From NCBI RefSeq assembly GCF_006345805.1, contig NC_043003.1, forward strand, positions 6,510,001 to 6,574,000: a stretch of 64,000 nt of DNA. Reading direction: 5' to 3'. Below the pieces are notes generated by a model, which ran no database searches, was not told the DNA's origin, and was given only the letters and a program-made list of their open reading frames with translations. Shown here piece by piece: positions 49,795 to 61,149 of this stretch. The position numbers and the translations under genes are program-made. The stretch comes from Octopus sinensis. Lineage: Eukaryota. The stretch's first letter is position 1; the number at the start of each line of letters is the position of its first letter.

Positions 49795-50032
49795 AGAAAG
49801 AAAGTGAGTGAGTGAGTGAGTGAGAAAAGGTGGAGGAAGATAGGAAGAGGTAGAGATAGAAAGAAAAGGAGGAGATGAGAGCTCAGTTCTGTGGTGACAT
49901 TTTGTTATCGAATTACATTTAATGGAGGGAATATTGACTGAGAGAGAAAGAGGAAGAGGAAGAGGGCAAGAGAGAGAGACTAAATTATAAAGACAGATAG
50001 ACAGACAGATAGATAGATAGATAGATAGATAG

Positions 50033-52260
50033 ATATGTTTCTTTATTAGCCACACAGGGCTGCACACAGATAGAACAAATTACAATTAGAGCTTTTCTTT
50101 TGAAGGTTTAAAAAAAAAAAGGAAGGGGGAGTTTCGATCAAAAGGGATCGTAAAAGGAGAGAAAGAGGACAAAAAAAAGGGGGGTTAAAAAAAAGGGGAG
50201 AGGAAAAAAAAATTGATCAATAGGGATCGTTATCACAGAAATGTCAATATGAAGTGTAAAGGGGAGGACAGGTGAGGTTTACCCGTGGAAGAAAAGCCTA
50301 CGGAAAAGACCACGGTAACCTCGGTCAATGGAGTCACATGTTATATTTCTTTTTTTTTTTTTTTGCAAATAAGCAACTCTCTGTTTTCAATTTCTGGGTT
50401 CATAGGATCATGCTCAAGGTGGCTTCGTCATTCATACGTGCCATTCTTGCTACATTCACCCATCTTTTTTTAAAACATTCGCTAGACAAAACTTGCCTCT
50501 CTACTCTCACTTTCCTTTTCAAGTGGTACTTGAAGAAGTTGATGAGGGATTGACTAGAGAGGAAAGTGTTTGTCTCCAATCCTTTCAGACGCGTCCACCA
50601 GATACATTCTTTCGCCATAGCCACAAGGATGATGAAAATAGCTCTTCCTTCCCGTTTGAAGGAGGGAGGCGTGACAATATTAACGATAGACTCGGCTGAT
50701 AAACCGACTCGTCCCACACGTGACAGCAGTTGTTCGACACAAGCCCACAGGTCGGAAATTGTTGGACACTGCACGAGTGCGTGCAGAACGGTTTCGTCGC
50801 TCTGACCGCATCTCGGGCAGGTCGGCCCCGTGTTTCTCGAGCCGTGTCTGTAGAGCTTATCCCGAACGGGTAGCGCTTCTCGATAGCACTGCCAGGCCAG
50901 GGATCTCTGGAAGTTGTCCATGGGCCCTGGCCCGAAAGTCGTCCTGAACAGGCGGGTCAGGTACTCCTCGTCGACGTCCAGTTTGCCCCGAGCTCGTCGT
51001 CGTACCTCCCCCCCACTAAACCCCTATAGAATGCTTTGGTTGTGTTGAAGTCACTCAAGGTCGACCCGGACGGCAGAGTTGCTTGAGAGCAACGCGACAC
51101 TCGCGGTGCCATTCGCCCTTCTTCGGCCTCTTTTTGATCCACGACTGCAGTTCGGTCATGGAGACGAGCTGCGGGAAAGCGTGCCTCACAAACGGCGACC
51201 ACACCTGTTCACCGTCGTCTACATAGAGCCAGAGATGTCGCAGTCTCAGCGCGTGTCTGCGCATCATCACCACGCGCATGCCCAGCCCTCCTTTTAACGG
51301 TTTTGACAGCAAATGGATCGCCTGACCATCGGGACGCATCTTTCCACAAGAGCGAAAGAAAATGCGTTGTAGTTTGGTGTGGTAGGGTCGGGACAGGTAC
51401 GACGTCAGGCGGTAGTAGATGACGGACGCGATGTACGTGTTCGCCACCTCCGCCCGACCTTTTAGGGACAGTTTCCTCTCGGCCCATTGCCGGGCGAGAG
51501 TGACCACCCTACTCGTTATCTCGTTCCAGTTCTTCTCCACTTGGAGGTCCGGACCAAACCAGACCCGAGCAACTCAACCGGGCCGTCGGTCCAGCGTCCC
51601 ACGACGGAGCGCTGGTGGACGGCATGGGCTTGCTTCTCCAGGTGGCCTAGTCGCAAGCCCACTGACTTTTCCCGGTTGCTTTTCGCTCCTGTCACCGCTT
51701 CGTAGTTTTCAGTGTCTCGCCGACCTGCTCGATGTGCTCGTGGCTAGACACTATGACGGTGACGTCGTCCGCGTATGCAGACACGCTCGTCCCGCATCCC
51801 AGTTCTCGCGGGATGCCTCTCAAGGTTGCCAGCTTCCGCATAATGGCTCGAGAGTCAATATGTATAGAAGCGACGAGAGGGGGCATCCCTGACGGACCGA
51901 ACGTGCGATGTCGAGGGGTCTCGATAGATGGTCCATTCACGCGAATTACCGAACGGATGCCTCTGTACAAAGCGGCTATCCAGCCGCGGAAGACGGGACC
52001 GAAGCCAGCCGCTCCGAGGACCGCCTCCAAGTATCGATGGTCCACCCTATCGAAAGCTTTCGATTGATCCAATTGATCAGCGCCCCCACCCCATGCCAGG
52101 TTCGTTAACTACCCTGTCTATGACGTAGCGCATCAGGTGGAGGTTGTCATGGATGGTCCGGCTGGCACGGCGCATGTTTGCGCCCTGTCGACCAGTATCT
52201 CGATGACACTGGTCGACAGGGCGCAAACATGCGCCGTGCCAGGCCGGACCATCCATGACA
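50033..52260 (-). mobile_element. Tx1 (L1-clade) LINE, 5'-truncated, embedded in (GATA)n, with a 5' fold-back
   Basis: DQSKAFDRVDH, AYADDV, RKLSLKGRAEVANTYIASVIYYRL, zf-RVT-like CPRCGQSDETVLHALVQC; purine-rich 3' UTR on + strand. Confidence 0.92.
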
Positions 52261-52485
52261 GATAGTAGATAGATGATAGATAGATGATAGATAGATAGAT
52301 AGTAATAGAAGATAGATAGATAGATAGATAGCTAGATAGATATATAGATAGACAGCCAGATAGATAGGTAGGTAGTATAGATAATAGATAGATAGATAGA
52401 TAGATAGATAGGTAGATAGATAGATAGATAGATAGACAGTCCAGATAGGTAGTTAGGTAGATAGATAGATAGATAAATATAGATA

Positions 52486-52529
<44 letters not shown>

Positions 52530-52552
52530 TAGATAGGTAGGTAGATAGATAG

Positions 52553-52596
<44 letters not shown>

Positions 52597-52645
52597 AGAT
52601 AGATAGATAGATAGATAAATAGATAGATGATAGAAAGATAGATAG
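52261..52645. repeat. (GATA)n array between the two Tx1 copies
   Basis: Direct reading. Confidence 0.95.
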
Positions 52646-53831
52646 ATATGTTTCTTTATTATCCACACAGGGCTGCACACAGATAGAACAAATTACAAGG
52701 TAGAGCTTTTCTTTTGTGGATAAAAAAAGGGGGTTGCTTTTCGATCAAAAGGGATCGTAAAAGGAAAGAAAGAGGACAAAATAAAAGGGGAGGATTAAAA
52801 AAAAGGGGGGAAAGTTGATCAATAGGGATCGTAATCACAGAAATGTCAATATGAAGTGTAAAGGGGAGGACAGGTGAGGTTTACCCGTGGAAGGAAAAGC
52901 CTACGGAAAAGACCACGGTAACCTCGGTCAATGAAGTCACATGTTATTTTCTTTTTTTTTTTTTTGCAATAAGCAACTCTCTGTATTAATTTTTACGGTT
53001 CATAGAATCATAGTCAAGGTGGCTTCGTCATTCATACGTGCCATCCTTGCTACATTCACCCATCTTTTTTTAAAACATTCACTAGACAAAACTTGCCTCT
53101 CTACTCACACTTTCCTCTTCAAGTGATACTTGACCAGAGAGGAAAGTGTTTGTCTCTAATCCTTTCAGGCGCGTCCACCAGATACATTCTTTCGCCATAG
53201 CCACAAGTATGATAAAATAGCTCTTCCTTCCCGTTTGAAGGAAGGAGGCGTGACGATATCAACGATAGACTCGGCTGATAAACCGACACGTCCACACGTG
53301 ACAGCAGTCGTTCGACATAAGCCCACAGGTCGGAATTGCTGGACACTGCACGATGCGTGCAGAGCGGTTTCGTCGCTCTGCCCGCATCTCGGGCAGGTCG
53401 GCCCCGTGTTTCTCGAGCCATGCCTATAGAGCTTATCCCGAACGGGTAGCGCTTCTCGGTAGCACCGCCAGGCCAGGGATCTCTGGAAGTTGTCCATAGC
53501 CCGGGCCGAAAGTCGTTTGAAACAGGCGGGTCAGGTATTCCTCGTCGACGCCCAGGTTTGCCACGAGATCGTCGTCGTACCTCCCCTCCACTAATCCCCT
53601 ATAGAATGCTTTGGTTGTGTTGAAGTCACTCAAGGTCGACCCAGGACGGCAGAGTTGCTTGAGAGCAACGCGACACTCGCGGTGCCATTCGCCCTTCCTC
53701 GGCCTCTTTTTGATCCACGACTGTAGTTCGGTCATGGAGACGAGTTGCGGGAATGCGTGCCTCACAAACGGCGACTACACCTGTTCACCGTCGTCTACAT
53801 AGAGCCGGAGATGTCGCAGTCTCAGCGCGTG
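52645..53831 (-). mobile_element. Second Tx1 copy, shorter, same family
   Basis: Collinear with 50033-51260; near-identical 3' end atatgtttctttatta.ccacacagggctgcacacag. Confidence 0.92.
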
Positions 53832-54234
53832 TCTATATATACACACACACACACACACATACATAAAACACGTGCGCGCGCGCGAAGAGAGAGAGAGAGA
53901 GAGAGAGGGGAGAAGTTTGAAGGTGACATGTCCTTGTCAAGCCACAGCTTCTATTTCGGGAAATATTCAGAGAAAATAGAATTAAAAACTTCCCCAAATA
54001 AAGATTCTTAGCCCCAGGTTATTCCTGTTGCATCAAACAAATGATCAAAGGCATTCTAACCATGACCATCTCGTCTCTTTCTATGTCAGGGACTCATCGG
54101 TGACATGTGTGGTTCTGTGCTTTACAAGTTCGCTTTACAGCACCGTGGGTCGTCCACTTCGAGCTCACTGACTCACTCCTTCGGCAAGTATCTTATACCA
54201 TGTTTTCACGTCGAGCAAATCCTTGTGAACGAAA

Positions 54235-54421
54235 TATGGTTGCTGTTGTCGTTGTTGTTGGTGGTGGTCATGGTGGTGGTCGTGGTTGTGGTGGTGGTTG
54301 TGGTGGTGGTGGTTGTGGTGCTGGTGGTGGTGGTCGTCGTCGTCGTGGTGCTGCTGGTGGTCGTCGTGTCGTCGTCGTGGTCGTCGTCGTGGTCGTCGTC
54401 GTGGTCGTCGTCGTGGTCGTC

Positions 54422-54456
<35 letters not shown>

Positions 54457-54640
54457 CGTCGTGGTCGTCGTCGTGGTCGTCGTCGTGGTCGTGGTGCTGG
54501 TGCTGGTGCTGCTGGTGGTCGTGGTGGTGGTCGTCGTCGTCGTGGTTGTGGTGGTGGTGGTGGTGTTGGTGGTGGTGGTTGTGGTGGTGCTGGTGCTGGT
54601 GCTGGTGCTGGTGGTCGTGGTTGTGGTCGTGGTCGTGGTG
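54235..54640. repeat. GC-rich compound trinucleotide tract (GGT/GTC/GCT, 12-mer gtcgtcgtcgtg)
   Basis: Direct reading. Confidence 0.9.
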
Positions 54641-55994
54641 AGACCTAATCAAGAAAACCTATTATCAGAAGTGTGTTCCAACCTTGACCCCCTCCTCCTA
54701 AGTCCCTATGAATGAATACATTATCTAATTTATCACTTTGTTATTTAAGACGCTAAGATTTAACTTGAGATTTGGGTGCTATTTCTAGCCGGTCGGGGTA
54801 CTAAGTAGAGGGTCGCTCATTAACTCGCGTGAAATTTAGTAGAAAGAAACTATGCGGAATCCCAGCAGAGACGTACTTCCTGTTCTTGGACGTTGCATAT
54901 AACGTGCCTTTCTTTGGTTTATTATTCCCCCAGATTTCCGGTCCGACTTCCAGCCGGTACTGGACGTGGGGTACTATTTCTCTTTTCAAGGACGAGGGCA
55001 CAAACCTTCTTATTGGTTGACCACACCATGTAAAAATAAATCTTTCTTTATTTTAGACACTTTAGTGCGTAATTTGAGGTAGATTTGATGCTATTTCTAA
55101 CAAGCGGAGAGGCTTCCTCTCTGGTTCGTTAATAACAAATTTAACGGCCTTGAAATAGAGAGATGATGGAGGGAGAATGTGTTTTTCGTATGAGTATGAA
55201 TGTGTGTGTTTGTTTGTGTGCCTGCGTGCATGTGTGTGTGTGTGTCTGTGTGTGTCTGTGTATGCATGAGCATGTATTTATGTATGTGTGTATATTTGTA
55301 TGTATTTGTGTATGCGTATGTTTGATGATTATATGCATGCATATGTATGCGCATGTATCTGTGCATGTACGATGTATACACTGTATGTATGTATGTATGT
55401 ATGTATGTATGTATGTGTGTGTGTATGTGTGTGTGTATGTGTGTGTGTGTGTGTGTTATGTATAATATAGGTAGAGTGCTTTTACTTCTTCTAGTATATA
55501 TGACCATCTAACTGAAAGGTCAAAGTTTATCTCTGAACATCTGATGTAAAGGTCAAAAGCGAACTTTTTGCTGTCTGTGAGTGTCTCAAAATAAGTCAAG
55601 AATATTTCAAAATACTGACTCTGAAGTAAGTGGTGTCATGGAAGCGATTAGTTCATAGAAGAATTTTTAAAAACAGTTGCGTGGATGTAATTATTGTGAG
55701 CAGAAGGGAAGTTTATGACGTTTCGGAGCGTTGTTCTTCGTCACGGAGAAACTGGTAAGAATGGAAGAAAGTAGAATTGTTTTCTCAGTTCGTATGTGTG
55801 TGTGTGTGTGTGTTTGTGTCTCTATGTGTGTGTGTGTGTTTCCGTATGTGTGTATATATACATGCACATATCCTTATGGACATGCATACATAAATGCATA
55901 TATACACATACATATATATGTGTATGTGCGTGTGAGTGTGTGAGTGTGTTTATATATGTATGTATATACGCATACACGCTTATTTACATACGTA

Positions 55995-56225
55995 AGGTCT
56001 TGACTATTGGGATCGACTAGAAAAGCTCAAGCTTTATTCTCTCCGACGCCGCTGTGAGCGCTACATCATCTGCCTGATGTGGAAAATATTCCATCAGCAT
56101 TTCCCAAATGATGTTGGCATCATCTTTAAGATTCACCCAAACTTGATACCAGTACTATCCGCCCACAGCGTAAATCATACTCACATTACATAACAACAAT
56201 ACGGCACAATTATTCCACCTCAATT
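55995..56225 (+). mobile_element. Fragment of the 9115-13763 LINE family (RT C-terminal)
   Basis: Matches 13275-13500 (YWDRLEKLKLYSL.RR.ERYIIC.MWKIFHQH). Confidence 0.9.
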
Positions 56226-56425
56226 GGCGACCGCGTGTGTACCGTTGGCTATTTTTTTTCCTCTGTCTTCCCTTCTCTGGATCTTTTCTTCTCCTATGTT
56301 TCCGACGAAGAGCTCCGCTCGAAACGTTAAACCCTCCTTCTTTCCTTCTTTCCTGAGCGTCCAATAATACTTTATTTGTTCCACGTCCTCGCGTTGTTGT
56401 GTTTTTTTGTGCTTTTTGTTTTGAT

Positions 56426-56430
<5 letters not shown>
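56225..56430 (+). mobile_element. (TA)n-tailed repeat carrying a hammerhead-like motif
   Basis: Homologous to 18000-18210. Confidence 0.75.
56298..56332 (+). ncRNA. Putative variant minimal hammerhead ribozyme
   Basis: GTTT-CCGACGA-A-GAGC/TCC/GCTC-GAAA-CG-TT-AAAC; 4-bp helix I fully paired. Confidence 0.5.
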
Positions 56431-56462
<32 letters not shown>

Positions 56463-56559
56463 CGATATTGATATCCTCACCCTTTGAGAGACACAATAAG
56501 AATGATCTCGTTTGAGATTACATCCATCTTTGGCTAGTTTGACCCTGCTGTGTCTACTG

Positions 56560-56690
56560 CTCTGATTGGTTGGCATCTAGCGCGGGTTGTCTCTACTTAT
56601 TTCGCGCCAGAATGTGAAGCTAACCAATCACGGCCTTCGGATAAGGCCTACTTCATTTGAGCCTACCACAGGCTTTATAAGGCGCTTGCT
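56560..56690 (+). promoter_or_regulatory. Promoter-like motif cluster (CCAAT x2, E2F-like, TATA-like)
   Basis: ATTGG 56565, TTTCGCGCC 56600, CCAAT 56624, TTTATAAGG 56674; motif matches only. Confidence 0.3.
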
Positions 56691-57315
56691 TTCATTATTC
56701 TCCGTCTTTCGGCTTTAGATCTTTTAAGGTCTAGTCACTGACCACAGAGCTACTCAGCTATGTTCCAGTTCCAGCGACAGACGACCAGCCTGCCAGCCAT
56801 GCTCCTGCTTCAGCCACTACGACGCTAATGTACACCCGCAACAGGACAGTCTCCATCCCCGCCGCCGTCATCACCATCGTCGTACTTCAACTCTATGTCG
56901 TCTCCACCATCGTCGCCATTCCACCGTCAACACGACCAAGTTTTACTCCACGCTGTTTGTGTGAATCTTTCACCGAGAAGAAACAGTTGCTGAACCTATT
57001 TATATCAAGAGATTTGGCACGGTATTTATATCCATGTATTTGGTATCTCCTATTATGCTAGGGAACGACCGTGTGGCGTTCAAAAGGAGACCTTTGTCAC
57101 CAACTCCTTATGTGCGGTCGTACAACCCTACATATATATATATACACACACACACACGCAATGCCGAGGAAACCTCATCAGGTTATATATTATGTAACCT
57201 GATGAGGTTTCTTCTTCACGGAGAGGTGCATTCGATTCCATTGTATCGTTCCCACACACTGGGACGCAGTATAGATGTAAGCCGAAACGGTCGTCGTGCT
57301 CAGTATGCCTTACAC

Positions 57316-57516
57316 CAGTGGTTTTCAACCAGGGTTCCGCCAGTACAGTCCAGGAGTACCGCAAGAAGTTACAAAACTGCTAAAATCGGCAGTAATTTTT
57401 AATTTTCCTGTGCAGATATGTGTGCATAAGACTATTAAATTATTGCACAGGGGTTCCCCGAGCCAGTGGAATGTTTCCTTGGGGTTCCGCTCCAGCAAAA
57501 AGTTTGAAAAGCACTG
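57316..57516. mobile_element. hAT (Charlie-like) MITE with a perfect 8-bp TSD
   Basis: TIRs cagtggttttcaac and cagtgcttttcaaac; TSD ccttacac at 57308-57315 and 57517-57524. Confidence 0.95.
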
Positions 57517-57562
57517 CCTTACACAGTACGCTCTGTTTTCCCGATCAATCATTTAATATATA

Positions 57563-58452
57563 CAGTAATCCCTCAACCATCGTTCCAACCATCCCCCGCG
57601 ATAGGGGAAAATCTGCGAATTAGAAACAGTACCGTACTGTCAATCTTTTTCATATATATATATACTAGCAGTATCGCCCGGCGTTGCTCGGGTTTGTAAG
57701 GGAAATAACTATATAAGCATTTTTAGAGAGTTACTTCCCTTATAGATGCCAATTCGGGTTTTCTTAGCCATTTCTGTTTTGGTGTCTTCAAGCCATGAAG
57801 TCGTTGTTCTAAAAGAACGCTGGTCTCCTTGACAACGCTTTACGACGTTGATTTCCTTACACTCCCTTCCCCACAGCTTCACGAGGGAGGGAAGAAGGGG
57901 GAGAAGCAAACAGGTGCAGGTGTGACCATGGACGTCAACTCCGCCGCCATCGACACACGAAAAATTATGCATTAAAATGGAATAAAAAATGATGTTAAAT
58001 TATTTTTAAAATCGTAGACTCATCGTAGACGCGCGCTAATACTCAGACGGGCTCGATATGAATCACGACTATAAGATACCCGAATTTGGTTAAACTGCAC
58101 CACAAAATGTGGGAGTAGTTAGGAATCTAAATCGAAGGGGACAGACACTCACACAACTACAGTTTTATATATATAGATATATATATATAATTTGCATATA
58201 TATTTTTTTTATTATAAATGTCAAACAACACCACACACTTACCTTCCGTGTTTTGTTTTCCATACTGTAAGTACCTGCGATTCTTTGTTTCCTCATCAGC
58301 GGTACACTACGTAGTTTCTTTTGATATACTTTAATTAACGTGTTATACAGAGCAGTACTATACCGTATTTTTATTTATTTATTTTTAGGCCAGAAAAATC
58401 CGCGATGTACTGAGGATCAATAGGTGAACCGCGATATGGCGAGTGATTACTG
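57563..58452. mobile_element. Tigger/pogo-like MITE hosting a Helitron
   Basis: TIRs ta|cagtaatccctc and cagtaatcactcgccatatcgcgg. Confidence 0.75.
57665..58177 (-). mobile_element. Non-autonomous Helitron, fourth copy
   Basis: Canonical TC...hairpin-CTAG ends; near-identical to 46780-47290. Confidence 0.92.
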
Positions 58453-58619
58453 TGTGCATGTGTATATACATGTGAGTTTGTGTGTGTGTATGTTTGTATG
58501 TATGTTTAAATATAAACAAATTACATTTGTTTTTATAAGAGTCGAAAGGTATATAGAACGATATAAATTAGATGATATTTTTTCGAACGCAGAATTGCCG
58601 TTAGAACAGCAGAAATACT

Positions 58620-58725
58620 GGATAAATTACTCTTGAAAAGCGGAAAAATTTGTCAACAACCAGCCATGGAACTCGAACCACATATTCCTCAAAAACTTCG
58701 GCTGAATGCTTTACCATTAATATAT
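58620..58725 (-). mobile_element. tRNA-derived head (SINE or pseudo-tRNA)
   Basis: Reverse strand taatggtaaagcattcagcc...GGTTCGAGTTCCatggctgg. Confidence 0.45.
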
Positions 58726-58971
58726 ATATAATCAAAATAAGCAACAAGAATATCTTCGGTAATTTGGTACGATCGTTTCACGCTACATCATTTTATTAAA
58801 TATTGTAAGTATTACATCAGTTTTAAAATGTTGAGCAATCATCAGCCATTTATAGAGGTTTTTGATTATAATCACCCCATGGATTTATATGGATAACACC
58901 AGACAAAATACTGCATCTAGCTTAAGTACCATATTCATTTGAATCTAAATTTTGCTGAACTTTAGTCCTCT

Positions 58972-59035
<64 letters not shown>

Positions 59036-59070
59036 ACTGAAACATGTTTTACAATATTTTGGTAACTTAA

Positions 59071-59445
59071 GACGGCGAGCTGGCAGAATAGTTAGCACGC
59101 CGGGCGAAATGCATAGCCGTACTTCGTCTGCCGTTACGTTCTGAGTTCAGGTCGACTTTGCCTTTCATCCTTTCGGGATCGATTAAATAAGTACCAGTTA
59201 CGCACTGGAGTCGATATAATCGACTTAATCCGTTTGTCTGTCCTTGTTTGTCCTCTCTGTATTTAGCCCTTTGTGGGTAATAAAGAAATAGGTATTTTGT
59301 CTGTCGCTACGTTCTGAGTTCAAATTCCGCCGAGGTCGACTTTGCCTTTCATCCTTTCGGGGTCGATAAATTAAGTACCAGTTGCATACTGGGGTCGATC
59401 TAATCGACTGGCCCCCTTCCCCAAAAAATTCGGGCCTTGTTCCCA
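59071..59445 (+). mobile_element. SINE family B dimer (Tx1-like tail, then headless unit with type-2 tail)
   Basis: Junction taaagaaata|ggtatttt at 59290/59291. Confidence 0.88.
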
Positions 59446-59538
59446 TGGGCCCTGAGGTTCGATGTACGCCACAGGACCACCTTCCCATGGACCCTGGGAT
59501 TTGATGTACGCTACAGCACCACCTTCCCATGGAGCCTG
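59439..59538. repeat. Tandem repeat of about 42 bp, about 2.3 copies
   Basis: ttcccatgg.ccctg.gg.ttgatgtacgc.acag.accacc. Confidence 0.8.
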
Positions 59539-59827
59539 TATAAAAGACCCCAGTTTCTCTATACAACTGTTTCTCTATACCTTCATTGGTATGGATTGAA
59601 GCAAAGTTATTGGGAAAATATTATGTTCAAACCACGCCCAGGTATACTTTGCATTTCCTTCTTCGAAATCAATAAAATAATAATGGAACGAGATGTAGTC
59701 GACAGCACCGTAGCAGGTGTGCCCCAGCATGACCACGGTCCAATGACTGAAAGCAGTTAAAAAAATAAAAGAATAATTATATATGTTAATGTGTGTATGT
59801 ATGTTTGTGTGTGTGTGTGTGTATGTT

Positions 59828-59869
<42 letters not shown>

Positions 59870-60000
59870 ATTAGATGACCCCTAAAATATTCAGGAAAAG
59901 CTTTTCGGTGCACTCACCTCCTCATAATAACTGATCTAACTTCGTCGAGAAAAAGTCGACTCCTTTATTTAACGATGACTTTTGGTTTGCATTTGGAAAT

Positions 60001-60209
60001 ATATGTTTCTTTATTACCCACAAGGGGCTAAACATTGAGAGGACAAACAAGGACAGACAAACGAATTAAGTCGTACTTAATTTATCGACATCGAAAGGAT
60101 GAAAGGCAAAGTCGACATCGGCGAAATTTGAACTCAGAACGTAACGGCAGACGAAATACGGCTACACATTTCGCCCGGCGTGCTAACGATTCTGCCAGCT
60201 CGCCGCCAT
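60001..60209 (-). mobile_element. SINE family B with Tx1-like tail
   Basis: Ends (reverse strand) gtgggtaataaagaaacatat. Confidence 0.9.
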
Positions 60210-60454
60210 TTTGCATTTGGAAATATAACACACACATACACATTCACAAATACACTCATCCACAAACACGCAAACACCTGTGCACACCCACAACACACAC
60301 GCATACATCTCCATACATCCCTTCAAGCACAAAAACACACACACACGCACACACATACGCACTAACACAATCATCTTTTTTTTTTTAATTTAAATAAAAA
60401 TGGCGAATCCGCTTTATTTTACGATCACGCTTTTACGTTCACAGAATAAGCCTT

Positions 60455-60585
60455 TCTTCTCACAACTCAAGGCCCGAAACTTTTTTGGGGGGGGGGGGGC
60501 AGTCGATTAGATCGAACCCAGTACGCAACTCGTGCTTAATTTATCGACCGCGAAAGGATGAAAGGCAAAGTCGACCTCGGCGACG
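60455..60585 (-). mobile_element. SINE family B body with type-2 tail
   Basis: Reverse complement of ggtcgactttgcctttc...ccccaaaaaagtttcgggccttg. Confidence 0.8.
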
Positions 60586-60606
60586 ATCACAGAATAATGA
60601 ATGAAA

Positions 60607-61021
60607 GGCGGCGAGTTGGCAGAAACGTTAGCACGCCAGGCGAAATGTGTAGCCGTATTTCGTCTGCCGCTACGTTCAGAGTTCAAATTCCGCCGAGGTC
60701 AACTTTGCCTTTCATCCTTTCGGGGTCGATAAATTAAGTACCAATTACGCACTGGGATCGATATAATCGACTTAATCCCTTTGTCTGTCCTTGTTTGTCC
60801 CTTCTGTGTTTAGCCCCTTGTGGGTAGTAAGGAAATAGGTATTTCGTCTGCCGCTACGTTCTGAGTTCAAATTCTGCCGAAGTCGACTTTGCCTTTCATC
60901 CTTTCGGGGTCGATAAATTAAGTACCAGTTACGCGCTGGGGTCGATATAATCGACTTAATCCGTTTGTCTGTCCTTGTTTGTCCCCTCTTTGTTTAGCCC
61001 CTTGTGGGCAATAAAGAAATA
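60607..61021 (+). mobile_element. SINE family B dimer inserted as one unit, 17-bp TSD
   Basis: agaataatgaatgaaag at 60591-60607 and 61022-61038; internal junction gaaata|ggtatttc at 60837/60838. Confidence 0.92.
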
Positions 61022-61149
61022 AGAATAATGAATGAAAGAAAGCCAAGTATAAAGCAACAGAATATGAGAATTACAGAATTACGCAGCAATAGAATAAAAG
61101 AATGACGGAATAATTAACAAATGGTAATAACTGAAACTCTGTTACTCCC

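Noticed and set aside
54105-54715. His/Asp-rich or poly-Val protein
   Set aside because: Open in several frames because of trinucleotide repeats; no splice or domain support.
55517-55560. Nuclear-receptor DR1-like site and second AGGTCA half-site
   Set aside because: Short motifs are expected by chance in 64 kb; no independent support.
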